Shown piece by piece: positions 25,284-36,670 of a stretch of 64,000 bases of DNA; position 1 is the first letter of the stretch, and each line of letters starts with the position of its first letter. The position numbers and the translations under genes are program-made. The DNA lies in assembly GCA_963843145.1 (NCBI GenBank), contig CAWJJC010000003.1, positions 117,462-181,461 on the forward strand, given 5' to 3'. The DNA is from an uncultured delta proteobacterium. Lineage in GTDB: Bacteria; Desulfobacterota; RBG-13-43-22. Under the pieces are notes generated by a model. That model was given only the letters and a program-made list of their open reading frames with translations. It was not told where the DNA came from and did no database searches.

Positions 25284-25652
25284 ATGATTCAGACACAAAC
25301 ACAATTGGAAGTAGCCGACAATTCAGGGGCTAAAAGACTATTTTGTATCCGAGTCTTGGGCGGTACGCGACGGCGCTATGCCCGGGTGGGGGATATTATC
25401 GTGGTTTCGGTTAAAGAAGCCATCCCCAACGCCAAGGTCAAGAAGGGGGATGTGGTCAAAGCCGTGGTGGTTCGGACCAAGAAGGAGATCTCCCGGTCCG
25501 ATGGGTCCTATATTAAATTCGATGACAACTCGGCCGTCTTAATCAATCAGCAACGGGAACCGATCGGCACCCGGATTTTTGGTCCGGTCGCCCGGGAATT
25601 GCGGGGGAAGAATTTTATGAAGATCATCTCCCTGGCCCCGGAAGTCCTCTAG
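25284..25652 (+). CDS. rplN: 50S ribosomal protein L14
   Basis: [20 protein letters not shown]. Confidence 0.99.
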   Translation: MIQTQTQLEVADNSGAKRLFCIRVLGGTRRRYARVGDIIVVSVKEAIPNAKVKKGDVVKAVVVRTKKEISRSDGSYIKFDDNSAVLINQQREPIGTRIFGPVARELRGKNFMKIISLAPEVL

Positions 25653-25672
25653 GGCGGGAAAGGAAAGCGTTC

Positions 25673-26005
25673 ATGAACGGGCAAAAGATAGGGTTCAAGA
25701 AAAACGACAAAGTGATGGTCATGGCCGGAAAAGAAAAAGGGAAAGTGGGAAAAATTTTAATAGTCTATCCGGAAAAAGACCGGGCCGTAGTCGAAAAATT
25801 GAACTATATCAAAAAACATACCCGTCCGGGAGGGAAAACCAGCAAGGGGGGAATCATCGAGAAGGAAGCTCCGATTCATGTCTCCAACCTGATGCTGATC
25901 TGCGCCAAGTGCACCGATCCGGTCCGTGTGGGTCGCCGGCGGTTGGATGACGGCAAAACCGTCCGGGTCTGTAAAAAATGCGGGGAGATCTTGGAGAATA
26001 AATAG
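25673..26005 (+). CDS. rplX: 50S ribosomal protein L24
   Basis: KOW motif AGKEKGKVG, EAPIHVSN. Confidence 0.98.
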   Translation: MNGQKIGFKKNDKVMVMAGKEKGKVGKILIVYPEKDRAVVEKLNYIKKHTRPGGKTSKGGIIEKEAPIHVSNLMLICAKCTDPVRVGRRRLDDGKTVRVCKKCGEILENK

Positions 26006-26023
26006 CCAAAAGGAAGCAGCCTC

Positions 26024-26563
26024 ATGTCCAGATTACGGAAAATATATCAAGAAGAAGTTCGGCCGGCGCTGCAGCAGCAGTTTAGTTATAAAAATATTAT
26101 GCAGGTTCCCCGACTGGAAAAAGTGATTTTGAATATGGGCCTGGGAGAAGCGATCCAAAATATTAAAATTCTGGATACCGCCTCGGAAGAGATGACCTTG
26201 ATCGCCGGTCAGAAACCGGTAATCACCCGGGCCAAAAAATCAATCGCTTCCTTCAAACTGCGGGAAAACATGCCCATCGGTTGCCGGGTCACCTTGCGCC
26301 AGGAGCGGATGTATGACTTTCTGGATAAACTGATGCATATTACCCTGCCTCGGGTTCGCGATTTTCGCGGCGTTTCCGCCAAATCCTTTGATGGGAGAGG
26401 AAATTACACCCTGGGGATCAAGGAACATATCATCTTTCCGGAAATAAACTACGATAAAATTGATAAGATTAAAGGACTGAATATAACCCTGGTAACCACC
26501 GCTCGGACCGACGAAGAAGGGCGCACCCTCCTCCGGTTGTTGGGAATGCCCTTCCGAAATTAG
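26024..26563 (+). CDS. rplE: 50S ribosomal protein L5
   Basis: [19 protein letters not shown]. Confidence 0.99.
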   Translation: MSRLRKIYQEEVRPALQQQFSYKNIMQVPRLEKVILNMGLGEAIQNIKILDTASEEMTLIAGQKPVITRAKKSIASFKLRENMPIGCRVTLRQERMYDFLDKLMHITLPRVRDFRGVSAKSFDGRGNYTLGIKEHIIFPEINYDKIDKIKGLNITLVTTARTDEEGRTLLRLLGMPFRN

Positions 26564-26627
26564 CATTTGAGGATTTATTTTCCGTTTGGGGATCCCACGC
26601 TTCCGGCGGGATAAGGAGGAAGATTCA

Positions 26628-26813
26628 TTGGCGAAAAAATCTATGTTGTTAAAGTCGCAGCGGACACCGAAGTTTAAGGTGCGTGGCTATAACCGCTGCC
26701 CTTTTTGCGGCCGGCCACGGGCTTTTATCCGTAAGTTCGGAATTTGCCGAATCTGTTTCCGGACCATGGCCCTTCAGGGAAATATTCCCGGGGTTATCAA
26801 GTCCAGTTGGTAG
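26628..26813 (+). CDS. rpsN: 30S ribosomal protein S14, short Zn-binding type Z
   Basis: TTG start after AGGAGG; RCPFCGR...CRICFR; 61 aa. Confidence 0.96.
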   Translation: MAKKSMLLKSQRTPKFKVRGYNRCPFCGRPRAFIRKFGICRICFRTMALQGNIPGVIKSSW

Positions 26814-26849
26814 TCCGGGTTTAATCGAGGAACAAAAGGAGATGCACAA

Positions 26850-27248
26850 ATGGGTATGACCGATCCGGTGGCCGATATGCTGACACGCGTCCGGAATGCC
26901 AGTGGCGCCAAATTTGCCAAAGTGGACATCCCGTCGTCGAAGCTGAAAGTCCAGATTGCCCGGATTTTTAAGGACGAGGGCTACATCAAGAATTTTAAAG
27001 TCATTAAAGACAATCGCCAGGGAATCCTGCGGATCTATTTACGGTATGATGAGAAAAACCGAGGTGTTATTCAACGGTTGGTTCGGGTCAGTCGGCCGAG
27101 CCGACGGGTCTATGCCGGGAACGATGCCATTCCCAAGATCTTAAACGGGCTGGGGATTTCCGTTCTCTCCACCTCCAAAGGGATCCTCACCGATCGAGAA
27201 GCCCGCAAACAAGGCGTAGGCGGCGAAATAATGTGTTCCCTTTGGTAA
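26850..27248 (+). CDS. rpsH: 30S ribosomal protein S8
   Basis: TDPVADMLTRVRNA, STSKG. Confidence 0.99.
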   Translation: MGMTDPVADMLTRVRNASGAKFAKVDIPSSKLKVQIARIFKDEGYIKNFKVIKDNRQGILRIYLRYDEKNRGVIQRLVRVSRPSRRVYAGNDAIPKILNGLGISVLSTSKGILTDREARKQGVGGEIMCSLW

Positions 27249-27278
27249 TCTGGAAAGAAGGTAGAGGAGGAAGTTTAT

Positions 27279-27818
27279 ATGTCCCGGGTTGGTAAAAAGC
27301 CCATTCCTGTTCCAAGTCAAGTGACGATCACCATCCAGGATGGGGAGGTGAGGGTCCAGGGGCCCAAGGGCTCCCTGAATCGTTCGATTCCACCGGAGTT
27401 GGAAGTATCGATTCAGGGGGATCAACTGATAGTTAAAACCTTGGCTGAATCGAAAAAAATCCAAGCCCAATTCGGGTTGATCCGATCCCTGCTGGCCAAC
27501 ATGGTCAAAGGGGTGTCCGAAGGCTTCGAAAGGATTCTGGACATTCAGGGTGTCGGCTATCGGGCTGAACTGCAAGGCGAGCAACTGGTGATGAATTTGG
27601 GCTACTCCCATCCGGTGATCTATCCGCTGCCGTTAGGGGTATCGGCCCAAGTTGAAAAACAGAATCGAATTATCATCCGGGGAATTGACCGTGATCTCCT
27701 GGGACTGACTGCGGCTCATATCCGCAAGTTCAGACCACCGGAACCCTATAAGGGTAAAGGGATTCGCTATGCCGAAGAAACCGTCCGCCGTAAGGTGGGG
27801 AAAACCGGCTCCAAGTAA
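27279..27818 (+). CDS. rplF: 50S ribosomal protein L6
   Basis: SRVGKKPI, PEPYKGKGIRY. Confidence 0.99.
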   Translation: MSRVGKKPIPVPSQVTITIQDGEVRVQGPKGSLNRSIPPELEVSIQGDQLIVKTLAESKKIQAQFGLIRSLLANMVKGVSEGFERILDIQGVGYRAELQGEQLVMNLGYSHPVIYPLPLGVSAQVEKQNRIIIRGIDRDLLGLTAAHIRKFRPPEPYKGKGIRYAEETVRRKVGKTGSK

Positions 27819-27832
27819 GGGAACCATTGCTT

Positions 27833-28198
27833 ATGGAAACGTCTGAAAAGAAAAAATTGGCTCATTTGAAGCGTAAAAAAAGGGTGCGGAAGAAAATCCG
27901 AGGAATCGAGGACCGTCCGCGGCTATCGGTCTTTCGAAGCGCCCGCCATATTTATCTCCAGATCATTGTGGATACATCCGGCCGCACCTTGTTGCAGGTA
28001 TCCAGTTTAAGTCCGGAGCTCAAAGGGGTGCCGGCCGGAAAGAAGACGGATATGGCCAAGAAGGTGGGAGCCCTGCTGGCCCAAAAGGCCGCCGCCCAGG
28101 GGATTAAGAAGGTAGTCTTTGATCGGAATGGTTTTCTCTATCACGGACGGGTAAAGGCCGTTTCCGAGGCCGCTCGAGAGGCCGGATTAGAATTTTAG
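27833..28198 (+). CDS. rplR: 50S ribosomal protein L18
   Basis: [23 protein letters not shown]. Confidence 0.98.
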   Translation: METSEKKKLAHLKRKKRVRKKIRGIEDRPRLSVFRSARHIYLQIIVDTSGRTLLQVSSLSPELKGVPAGKKTDMAKKVGALLAQKAAAQGIKKVVFDRNGFLYHGRVKAVSEAAREAGLEF

Positions 28199-28211
28199 GG
28201 GGGAGGGACGA

Positions 28212-28709
28212 TTGTCAGACTTCAATACGACCGAAAAATTATTGATTAATAAGGTGGTGCATATCAATCGGGTCGCCAAAGTGGTCAAAGGCGGACGCCG
28301 CTTCAGTTTTAGTGCCCTAGCCGTGGTCGGGGACGGCAACGGGAAAGTGGGCAGCGGCTTGGGAAAGGCCAATGAAGTGCCGGAGGCCATCCGCAAGGCC
28401 ATGGAAAAGGCCAAAAGGGATATGAAGGATTTTCCTTTGGTGGACCAGACCATCCCCCATGAAGTCATCGGGCGTTTCGGCGCCGGCCGGGTATTACTGA
28501 AACCGGCTTCCAAGGGGACAGGGATTATTGCCGGGGGAGCGGTCCGGGCGGTTATGGAGGCTGGGGGGGTTCAAAACATCCTGACTAAGTGTCTAGGATC
28601 ACACAACCCCCATAATGTCATCAAGGCCGCCTTGGAAGGCCTGAAAAATCTTTACAGCCCGGAGATGATCGCTCAGAAACGGGGCAAATCCGTAGCGGAA
28701 ATCAGGTAA
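28212..28709 (+). CDS. rpsE: 30S ribosomal protein S5
   Basis: [14 protein letters not shown]; TTG start. Confidence 0.99.
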   Translation: MSDFNTTEKLLINKVVHINRVAKVVKGGRRFSFSALAVVGDGNGKVGSGLGKANEVPEAIRKAMEKAKRDMKDFPLVDQTIPHEVIGRFGAGRVLLKPASKGTGIIAGGAVRAVMEAGGVQNILTKCLGSHNPHNVIKAALEGLKNLYSPEMIAQKRGKSVAEIR

Positions 28710-28714
28710 GGATC

Positions 28715-28933
28715 ATGGAAGATAAATTAATTCAAATTATTTTACGCAAAAGCGGGAGCGGTCGACCCCCTAAACACCGGCGGACCTTGATGAGTTTGGG
28801 TTTGCGAAAAATAAACCAGGTCATTCTTCGCCGGGACACTCCGGAAATCCGGGGGATGGTCCGCCAAGTTTCCCACCTGGTGGAAGTGAAGGAGGACGGA
28901 CTGGCCTTAAGTCCGTCCACAGGCCGCGGGTGA
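28715..28933 (+). CDS. rpmD: 50S ribosomal protein L30, short C-terminal extension
   Basis: LGLRKINQ, TPEIRGMVRQVSHLV. Confidence 0.95.
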   Translation: MEDKLIQIILRKSGSGRPPKHRRTLMSLGLRKINQVILRRDTPEIRGMVRQVSHLVEVKEDGLALSPSTGRG

Positions 28934-29081
28934 TTTAACCCCGGCCTGGGGTGAGGGTGGTACCATTTGAATTCACTTCAAATGGCGGGAGAGGGGGGAG
29001 CCCTCGCCCGCCGAGAAAAAAGGCGAGGTTAGCCTTTTTTCGAGGTCATCAAGGACATCAAGGAACGGAAACGGAGAAAGC

Positions 29082-29549
29082 ATGGAATCGGGACAGCAAA
29101 GCAAGGTGATCGGATTAGACCAGTTATCCCCGGCCCCGGGTTCGAAAAAGAAACCCAAACGGGTCGGTCGGGGGCCCGGATCGGGGCATGGACAAACGGC
29201 TACTCGGGGGATGAAGGGCCAAAAATCGCGGTCAGGAGCCCATATCCGACCGAGCTTTGAAGGGGGGCAGATGCCCCTGCAGCGACGTCTCCCCAAACGG
29301 GGCTTTAAGCCCTTGCAGAAAATGGATTATTGCCTGGTCAATATTCGGGATTTAAAACCCTTTGCCGGGGGGGCCACGGTCGATATCCCTATCCTCTTGA
29401 AGGAGGGGGTCATCCGGCGTCTGAAAGACGGCGTGAAATTGCTCGGTCATGGGGATATTCAATCCCCCCTGTTTATCAAAGTGACCAAATGCAGTCAGGG
29501 GGCCCGTCAAAAAATTGAGGCCGCCGGAGGCACGGTAGAGGAGATCTAA
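29082..29549 (+). CDS. rplO: 50S ribosomal protein L15
   Basis: RVGRGPGSGHG, FEGGQMPLQRRLPKRGF. Confidence 0.98.
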   Translation: MESGQQSKVIGLDQLSPAPGSKKKPKRVGRGPGSGHGQTATRGMKGQKSRSGAHIRPSFEGGQMPLQRRLPKRGFKPLQKMDYCLVNIRDLKPFAGGATVDIPILLKEGVIRRLKDGVKLLGHGDIQSPLFIKVTKCSQGARQKIEAAGGTVEEI

Positions 29550-30860
29550 GTGCTCAGCGGTTTTCAGAATATCACCAAGATCCCGGAACTGAAAAAGAAG
29601 ATTTGGTTTACTTTGGCCATGCTGGCCGTTTACCGGGTCGGGGTGCATATCCCCTCGCCCGGGATCGACACGGTAGCCTTGGCGGCTTTTTTCAAGCGGG
29701 CGCAGGGCACCCTCTTCGGCCTGTTTGATATGTTCTCCGGCGGGGCCCTGGAGCATATGTCCGTCTTCGCCTTGGGCATAATGCCTTACATCAGCGCCTC
29801 CATTATTCTGGATTTGCTGACGGTGGTCATTCCCTACCTGGAGAAACTCAAGAAGGAAGGGGAAGCCGGCCGAAAGAAGATCACCCAGTACGCCCGCTAT
29901 GGGACCGTGGTCTTATCGATCTTTCAGGGCTTGGGCATTGCCGTCGGCATGGAAAGCATGGGCAGTCCCGGCGGGGGCAGCGTGGTGATCGACCCGGGCT
30001 GGGCCTTTCGTTTGATGACCATGATCACCTTGACCTCGGGAACGGCTTTTATTATGTGGCTGGGTGAGCAGATCACCGAGCGGGGGATCGGCAACGGCAT
30101 CTCCTTGATCATTTTTGCCGGCATTGTGGCCCGTATGCCCACGGCGCTGGCCAACACCGGACAATTGGTGCGAACCGGGGAATTGAATTTTATCTTTATC
30201 GTTCTGCTGATCCTGCTGATGGTCAGCGTGGTGGGGTTTATTGTTTTTGTAGAGCGCGGCCAGCGAAGGATTCCGGTACAGTATGCCAAGCGGGTAGTGG
30301 GCCGGCGGGTCTATGGAGGGCAAAGCACCCATTTGCCCTTAAAAATAAATACCTCGGGCGTCATTCCCCCGATCTTTGCCTCCTCGATTCTCATGTTTCC
30401 GGCCACCATCACCCAGTTCATTCAGATTCAATGGTTGAGCGGTTTCGTCCGGAATTATATGGGAGTGGGCGGTTTGCTGTACTCCCTTGTTTATGTGGGG
30501 CTCATTTTTTTCTTTTGCTATTTTTACACGGCCGTTACCTTCAACCCCGTGGATGTGGCCGATAATATGAAGAAGTACGGCGGGTATATCCCCGGGATTC
30601 GCCCGGGGAAATGGACGGCCGATTATATCGATCACGTGCTGACCCGCATCACTTTCGGCGGGGCCCTTTACGTTTCGATCGTCTGTGTGCTGCCCACGGT
30701 GTTGATTTATCGTTTTAAAGTCCCCTTTTATTTTGGCGGCACCGCCTTACTAATCGTCATCGGGGTAGCCATCGATACCATGGCTCAGATCGAATCGCAT
30801 ATGTTGACCCGCCACTACGAAGGTTTCATGAAAAAAGGGATGGGTCGCGTTAAACGGTAA
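29550..30860 (+). CDS. secY: Preprotein translocase SecY
   Basis: [30 protein letters not shown]; GTG start. Confidence 0.99.
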   Translation: MLSGFQNITKIPELKKKIWFTLAMLAVYRVGVHIPSPGIDTVALAAFFKRAQGTLFGLFDMFSGGALEHMSVFALGIMPYISASIILDLLTVVIPYLEKLKKEGEAGRKKITQYARYGTVVLSIFQGLGIAVGMESMGSPGGGSVVIDPGWAFRLMTMITLTSGTAFIMWLGEQITERGIGNGISLIIFAGIVARMPTALANTGQLVRTGELNFIFIVLLILLMVSVVGFIVFVERGQRRIPVQYAKRVVGRRVYGGQSTHLPLKINTSGVIPPIFASSILMFPATITQFIQIQWLSGFVRNYMGVGGLLYSLVYVGLIFFFCYFYTAVTFNPVDVADNMKKYGGYIPGIRPGKWTADYIDHVLTRITFGGALYVSIVCVLPTVLIYRFKVPFYFGGTALLIVIGVAIDTMAQIESHMLTRHYEGFMKKGMGRVKR

Positions 30861-30891
30861 TTTCTATCCACTAAGGGAGGAAGATCAGCGT

Positions 30892-31533
30892 ATGAATATG
30901 ATACTTTTAGGACCGCCGGGCGCCGGTAAGGGGACCCAGGCCAAAATGTTGATTGAGAAGTATAAGATTCCTCAAATCTCCACCGGGGACATCCTCCGGG
31001 CGAATTTAAAGGAACGGACACCTCTGGGATTGAAGGCCAAAGAATATATGGACAAGGGGCTCTTGGTTCCCGATGAAGTCGTTATTGAGATAACCCGGGA
31101 GCGGCTCAAACAACCGGATTGCCAGAAGGGCTACATCTTGGACGGCTTCCCCCGAACCGTGGCCCAGGCGCAAGCCCTGGATAAGGTGCTGGCGGAAATG
31201 AATTCCCAGATCGACCATGTGATTTCCGTGGAGGTGGATCAGAACGAATTGCTTAAAAGGCTGACCGGACGCCGGACCTGTCGGCAATGCGGCGCGATGT
31301 ATCATGTCATTTTTAATCCTTCGCTGAATAAAGATCTCTGTGACAAATGCCAGGGCGAACTCTATCTGCGGGACGACGACAATGAGGATACGGTGCGCAA
31401 TCGTCTGGAAGTCTATGCTTCCCAAACTTTTCCGCTGATCCAGTATTATCAGCAAAAGGGATTGGTTCGCAAGATTGAGGGGATCGGCAGCATTCAGCAG
31501 ATTTTTGAGCGGATCGTCCAGACCTTGTCCTAG
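30892..31533 (+). CDS. adk: Adenylate kinase with Zn-binding LID
   Basis: GPPGAGKGTQ, LDGFPRT, LID CRQC...CDKC. Confidence 0.98.
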   Translation: MNMILLGPPGAGKGTQAKMLIEKYKIPQISTGDILRANLKERTPLGLKAKEYMDKGLLVPDEVVIEITRERLKQPDCQKGYILDGFPRTVAQAQALDKVLAEMNSQIDHVISVEVDQNELLKRLTGRRTCRQCGAMYHVIFNPSLNKDLCDKCQGELYLRDDDNEDTVRNRLEVYASQTFPLIQYYQQKGLVRKIEGIGSIQQIFERIVQTLS

Positions 31534-31536
31534 AGG

Positions 31537-32310
31537 ATGGGGATGATTGTCATCAGATCTCCCTGGGAACTGGAACGATTGTCCGTGGCCGGGAGAGTGG
31601 TGGCCGAAATACTACAGGCCGTGAAAGAACGATTGGTGCCGGGGGTGACTACCCAAGAATTGGACGAGCTGGCGCACCGGCACTGTCTGAAAAAAAAGGT
31701 GACCCCGGCTTTTAAAGGGTATCACGGGTATCCTTATAGTTTATGTGTGTCCGTAAACGAAGAGGTCGTTCATGGCTTTCCTTCGGGCCGTAAATTGGCG
31801 GCCGGGGATATTGTCAGCATCGATTTTGGAGTGTGTTCCGAAGGCTATTACGGGGATGCGGCCTTGACCGAGGCCATCGGGGCGGTACCCCCGCTGACTG
31901 AGAATCTCATTCGGGTCACTCGGGAGTCCCTGTTTCTGGGCCTGGAACAGGTTAAGGCCGGAAATCGTTTAGGCGATGTCTCGGCGGCCATTCAGACGCA
32001 TGTGGAAAACCAGGGGTTTTCCGTGGTCCGTCATTTTGTAGGCCACGGGATCGGGAAGGCCCTTCACGAAGATCCTCAAATTCCGAATTTCGGCGTCGCG
32101 GGTCGAGGCCCGGTTTTAAAGCCGGGGATGGTCCTGGCCATTGAACCCATGGTCAACGCCGGCGGGTCTGAGGTGGAGATCCTTTCCGACGGCTGGACTG
32201 CGGTGACCAAAGATCGCAGCTTGTCGGCTCATTTTGAGCACACGGTGGCCGTAACCGAAAACGGCTGCCGGATCTTAAGTGAGTCCGGTTCCCAGAACCG
32301 ACTTTTTTAA
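31537..32310 (+). CDS. map: Methionine aminopeptidase type I
   Basis: [26 protein letters not shown]. Confidence 0.98.
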   Translation: MGMIVIRSPWELERLSVAGRVVAEILQAVKERLVPGVTTQELDELAHRHCLKKKVTPAFKGYHGYPYSLCVSVNEEVVHGFPSGRKLAAGDIVSIDFGVCSEGYYGDAALTEAIGAVPPLTENLIRVTRESLFLGLEQVKAGNRLGDVSAAIQTHVENQGFSVVRHFVGHGIGKALHEDPQIPNFGVAGRGPVLKPGMVLAIEPMVNAGGSEVEILSDGWTAVTKDRSLSAHFEHTVAVTENGCRILSESGSQNRLF

Positions 32311-32318
32311 AGGGATTT

Positions 32319-32537
32319 ATGGCAAAAGAAGAGGCCATCGAAGTTGAGGGTACGGTAGTCGAAACCCTGCCGAACGCCATGTTCCGGGTGGAATTGCCCA
32401 ACGGACACCGGCTTCTGGCCCACATCTCGGGGAAGATGCGCATGCATTTTATCAAGATTCTTCCGGGGGATAAAGTCACCGTCGGGGTTTCCCCCTATGA
32501 TTTCAACCGGGGGCGGATTATCTACCGCTCTAAATAA
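32319..32537 (+). CDS. infA: Translation initiation factor IF-1
   Basis: [18 protein letters not shown]. Confidence 0.99.
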   Translation: MAKEEAIEVEGTVVETLPNAMFRVELPNGHRLLAHISGKMRMHFIKILPGDKVTVGVSPYDFNRGRIIYRSK

Positions 32538-32564
32538 CCTAACCCAGCCACCCACGAGGAAAAC

Positions 32565-32678
32565 ATGAAGGTTAAAGCGTCCGTTAAGAAAATCTGCTCC
32601 AAATGTAAGATCATCCAGCGTAAAGGCGTGGTCCGGGTGATTTGCGAGAATCCCAAACATAAGCAGCGCCAAGGATAA
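32565..32678 (+). CDS. rpmJ: 50S ribosomal protein L36 (not in ORF track)
   Basis: Manual translation [37 protein letters not shown]. Confidence 0.98.
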   Translation: MKVKASVKKICSKCKIIQRKGVVRVICENPKHKQRQG

Positions 32679-32692
32679 AGGGGGAAAGCCAA

Positions 32693-33064
32693 TTGGCCAG
32701 AATAGCCGGAATTGATTTGCCTAAAAATAAGAGGATCGAAGTGGCCTTGACCTACATCTACGGAATAGGCCGATCCGTTTCACGTAAAATATTAACCGCA
32801 GCGCAGGTGTCGCCGGATATCAAAACCGACCGGCTATCGGAAGCCCAGGTTACCAGCATCCGCAAGGTGGTGGATGCGGACTATCAGGTGGAGGGCGATT
32901 TGCGCCGGGAAGTTTCCATGAGCATCAAACGGCTGATGGATTTAGGGACCTACCGGGGGCTAAGGCACCGGAAATCCCTGCCCGTGAACGGACAAAGGAC
33001 CCATACCAACGCCCGGACACGCAAGGGCCCGCGCCGAACCTTAGCGGGCAAAAAGAAGAAATAA
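32693..33064 (+). CDS. rpsM: 30S ribosomal protein S13
   Basis: [20 protein letters not shown]. Confidence 0.99.
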   Translation: MARIAGIDLPKNKRIEVALTYIYGIGRSVSRKILTAAQVSPDIKTDRLSEAQVTSIRKVVDADYQVEGDLRREVSMSIKRLMDLGTYRGLRHRKSLPVNGQRTHTNARTRKGPRRTLAGKKKK

Positions 33065-33080
33065 CGATCGGGGGAACCGC

Positions 33081-33476
33081 ATGGCCAAGGAAGTCAAAAA
33101 GACCGCTAAAAAGAAAAAAGAGAAAAAGAATATCCCCATGGGCATCGCCCATATCCAATCCACCTTTAATAATACCATCGTGACCATTACCGATCCGATG
33201 GGCAACGTGGTGTCTTGGGCCAGTGCCGGGACGAAAGGCTTCAAAGGCTCCCGCAAAAGCACCCCCTTTGCGGCCCAGTTGGCGGCGGAAGATGCGGCCA
33301 AAAGGGCCATGGAGCATGGAATGCGAACCATCGACGTTTTTGTGAAGGGACCGGGCGCGGGCCGGGAAGCGGCTTTGCGGGCTCTACAGGCCGCCGGATT
33401 CACGGTTCAACTGATTCGCGATGTGACCCCCATCCCCCATAACGGATGCCGTCCGCCCAAACGCCGGCGGGTGTAA
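33081..33476 (+). CDS. rpsK: 30S ribosomal protein S11
   Basis: [24 protein letters not shown]. Confidence 0.99.
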   Translation: MAKEVKKTAKKKKEKKNIPMGIAHIQSTFNNTIVTITDPMGNVVSWASAGTKGFKGSRKSTPFAAQLAAEDAAKRAMEHGMRTIDVFVKGPGAGREAALRALQAAGFTVQLIRDVTPIPHNGCRPPKRRRV

Positions 33477-33515
33477 CCAGTAGTATGAATCGAATAAGCC
33501 TTAAGGAGGAAAAGG

Positions 33516-34142
33516 TTGGCCAGATATAGGGATTCAGTCTGTCGGTTATGCCGCAGAGAAAACATGAAGATGTTTCTGAAAGGGGACCGTTGTTATTCCG
33601 ACAAGTGCGCCATCGATCGACGGAATTATCCGCCCGGGCAGCATGGCCAGGGCCGGACCAAACACTCCGAATATGCCGTTCAGTTGCGGGAAAAACAAAA
33701 GGTCAAGTGGATGTACGGGCTTCTGGAAAATCAATTTCGGGGGACCTTTAAACATGCGGAGCGGATGAAGGGCATTACCGGAACCAACCTGTTGGTCCTT
33801 TTGGAACGCAGACTGGACAACGCAATTTATCGCTTGGGGTTCAGCAATTCTCGAAATCAAGCCCGCCAAATGGTTCGACACCAGCATTTCCTGGTCAACG
33901 GTCGAAAGACCGATATCCCTTCTTTCCAGATCCGGGTGGGCGATACCATAACGGTCAGGGAAAAAAGCCGGGGGATCGCTTCGATTCTGGAATCCATGGA
34001 AGCGGTGGCCCGTAGAGGGGTTCCCCAGTGGCTGGAATTGGACAAAGCCGGTTTTGCCGGGACGGTTAAATCGTACCCGGAGCGGGAAGAATTAACGTCA
34101 CCCATGCAAGAGCAATTGATTGTCGAACTCTATTCCAAATAG
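33516..34142 (+). CDS. rpsD: 30S ribosomal protein S4
   Basis: CRLCRRE, QLREKQK, LERRLDN. Confidence 0.99.
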   Translation: MARYRDSVCRLCRRENMKMFLKGDRCYSDKCAIDRRNYPPGQHGQGRTKHSEYAVQLREKQKVKWMYGLLENQFRGTFKHAERMKGITGTNLLVLLERRLDNAIYRLGFSNSRNQARQMVRHQHFLVNGRKTDIPSFQIRVGDTITVREKSRGIASILESMEAVARRGVPQWLELDKAGFAGTVKSYPEREELTSPMQEQLIVELYSK

Positions 34143-34224
34143 TTTTAGCCAAAAATATTTGACAAATTCTCAGAACATTGGATGAAAGAATCTAACCTTA
34201 CCCGAGAGGGAATAAGGAGAAGCA

Positions 34225-35241
34225 ATGCAGCGTAACTGGAGAGAATTGATAAGGCCAAAAAAGCTGGAAGTGGATCCCGACGACCATAGCCGGTTCTACG
34301 GCAAATTTGTCTGCGAACCCCTGGAACGGGGATATGGGGTGACTATCGGGAATTCCCTGCGGCGGGTGTTGATCTCGTCACTCCAGGGGGCGGCCATCGT
34401 CTCGGCTAAAATCGAAGGCGTTTTGCATGAGTTTTCCACCATCCCCGGGGTGGTGGAGGATGTAACCGATATTCTTTTAAATCTCAAAGAAGTGCGTTGT
34501 CGGCTGCGGGGCGAAGAGCCGCGGACGATTAAAATCAATAAGAGCGGGGAGGGTTTGGTCAAGGGCAAGGATATCCTGACGGATCCTCAGGTGGAGATTT
34601 TAAATCCCGAGCAACACATTGCCACCCTGTCGATCGACGGGCAGTTCAAGGCCGAGATGCAGGTCCGACCGGGTAAGGGCTATGTTCCGTCCGAGCGGAA
34701 TAAGACGGAAGATGCCCCGGTGGGGACGATTTTTCTGGACGCTGCCTTTTCACCGATCGTCAAAGTGAATTATGTGGTCAGTAACGCCCGTGTCGGGCAG
34801 ATAACCGATTATGACAAACTGACCCTGGAGATCTGGACCGACGGCAGTATTACCCCGGAAGACGCTATCGCGGTAGCCGCCAAAATTCTCAAAGAACAGT
34901 TGAGTATCTTTATCAATTTTGAAGAGGAAAAAGAAGAACCGACCGGCGAGGATGAAAAGCCCGCGGAGGAGCAGATCAACTCCAATTTATACAAGAGTGT
35001 TGAGGAATTGGAGCTTTCGGTTCGTTCGGCGAATTGCTTAAAAAATGCCCATATTCGGTTTATTTGGGAATTGGTCCAGAAGACGGAATCCGAGATGCTG
35101 AAAACCAAGAATTTTGGACGCAAATCCTTAAATGAAATCAAGGCTATTTTGGAAGAAATGGGGCTGAATTTGGGCATAAAAATTGATGGCTTTATGCCTC
35201 CATCCGTTGAAGAGATCAAGGAAGAAGAACATGCGACATAA
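34225..35241 (+). CDS. rpoA: RNA polymerase alpha subunit
   Basis: [33 protein letters not shown]. Confidence 0.99.
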   Translation: MQRNWRELIRPKKLEVDPDDHSRFYGKFVCEPLERGYGVTIGNSLRRVLISSLQGAAIVSAKIEGVLHEFSTIPGVVEDVTDILLNLKEVRCRLRGEEPRTIKINKSGEGLVKGKDILTDPQVEILNPEQHIATLSIDGQFKAEMQVRPGKGYVPSERNKTEDAPVGTIFLDAAFSPIVKVNYVVSNARVGQITDYDKLTLEIWTDGSITPEDAIAVAAKILKEQLSIFINFEEEKEEPTGEDEKPAEEQINSNLYKSVEELELSVRSANCLKNAHIRFIWELVQKTESEMLKTKNFGRKSLNEIKAILEEMGLNLGIKIDGFMPPSVEEIKEEEHAT

Positions 35242-35701
35242 TTGTGCCGGAAGAAAATTGGGTCGAACCAGCAGTCACCGGTTGGCCATGATGCGTAATA
35301 TGGTGACCTCGCTCATTGAGCATGAGCGCATCGAAACCACGTCGGCCAAGGCCAAAGAACTTCGCCTGGAAGCGGAAAAAATGATTACCCTGGCTAAGAA
35401 GGGGGATCTCCATGCCCGGCGCCAGGCTCTGGCCTTTATCCGGGACAAGGACGTGGTTCATAAACTGTTTGATGAAATCAAGAATCGTTATTTAGATCGT
35501 AACGGCGGCTACACCAAAATCAGCAAACTGCGCTATCGCCTGGGGGACGCCGCTCTGATTTCGGTGATTGAATTGGTCGGACGGAAAGAGGAACAGAAGA
35601 CCAAAAAGAAAAAAGGGAAGGCTCAGGAGGCCATGGACAAAGTCAAAGGCCTCATTTCCCGGGATAAAGAACCCAAGGAAGAGGCCGTAAAGTCAGAGTA
35701 A
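35231..35701 (+). CDS. rplQ: 50S ribosomal protein L17 with Lys-rich C-terminal tail
   Basis: [23 protein letters not shown]; overlaps rpoA stop. Confidence 0.97.
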   Translation: MRHNCAGRKLGRTSSHRLAMMRNMVTSLIEHERIETTSAKAKELRLEAEKMITLAKKGDLHARRQALAFIRDKDVVHKLFDEIKNRYLDRNGGYTKISKLRYRLGDAALISVIELVGRKEEQKTKKKKGKAQEAMDKVKGLISRDKEPKEEAVKSE

Positions 35702-35748
35702 TTTGGTCGCCACGCCGGATCCTCGGAGCGACCCGTGGCCAACTTGAA

Positions 35749-35896
35749 AATTGAACATCGAACATCGAACGTCCAACATTGAATGAAAAGGCTATAAATC
35801 CAAAACCGAAAACTCGGTCCCACTTCGGCGGGATTTCTTCCTCCTTTTCTATCCCCTATTCGATGTTTGATGTTCGACGTTCGATGTTGGGCGTTT
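35749..35896. repeat. Inverted arrays of AACATCG-type heptamers
   Basis: Left gaacatc-gaacatc-gaacgtc-caacatt (35753-35780); right gatgttt-gatgttc-gacgttc-gatgttg (35862-35889). Confidence 0.85.
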
Positions 35897-35918
35897 ATTT
35901 TTATCAGTAATCCTTCCA

Positions 35919-36662
35919 ATGGAACCCGCAGCCGATGCCCCGGACGAAGCCCGTATCCGCCAGGTCCGCCGGATATTCTCCAGCATCACCGACCGCTACG
36001 ATTTTCTTAATCACTTACTGAGCGCCGGGCGGGACATCTCCTGGCGACGGTTTATGGTCCGGCGACTTCGCTTTTTCCGGACCCGGCGCCTGCTGGACCT
36101 GGCCACCGGGACCGGCGATGTGGCCATTGAGGCCGCGCGAATCCATCCCCGCCTTCAGGTCTATGGGCTGGACTTTGCGGTGCCCATGCTGGAGGCGGCC
36201 CGGCCTAAAATCCGGCACCGGGGCCTGTCCGACCGCGTCAAACTCCTGCAGGGGGACGCCCTGAATCTGCCTTTTCCCGCTGAACACTTTGACGCCGTCA
36301 CCGTAGCTTTCGGCATCCGCAACATGCCGGATCGGGCCCGGGTACTCCAGGAAATAATGCGGGTCCTGGTCCCCGGCGGCGGCCTGTCCATCCTGGAGTT
36401 TACCACTCCCCAGGGAAAAGTTTTCCGCAAACTGTATTTTTCTTACCTGAACCGGCTATTGCCTCGTTTGGCCCAGCTTTTTACCAAAAACCCGGAAGCC
36501 TACCAGTACCTGGCCGAATCGATCATGCGCTTTCCCTATCCGGATGATTTTGTTCGGGAGATCCGGCAGGCCCATTTCTCGGAGGGGAAAAAATTCGCCT
36601 TAACCGGGGGGATAACTTATTTGTATGAGGGGCGGAAGCTTTTAAATAATAAGAAGTCCTAA
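35919..36662 (+). CDS. ubiE: Ubiquinone/menaquinone C-methyltransferase (UbiE/MenG)
   Basis: YDFLNHLLSAG, LDLATGTGD, AFGIRN, YLAESI. Confidence 0.92.
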   Translation: MEPAADAPDEARIRQVRRIFSSITDRYDFLNHLLSAGRDISWRRFMVRRLRFFRTRRLLDLATGTGDVAIEAARIHPRLQVYGLDFAVPMLEAARPKIRHRGLSDRVKLLQGDALNLPFPAEHFDAVTVAFGIRNMPDRARVLQEIMRVLVPGGGLSILEFTTPQGKVFRKLYFSYLNRLLPRLAQLFTKNPEAYQYLAESIMRFPYPDDFVREIRQAHFSEGKKFALTGGITYLYEGRKLLNNKKS

Positions 36663-36670
36663 AGGAAACT

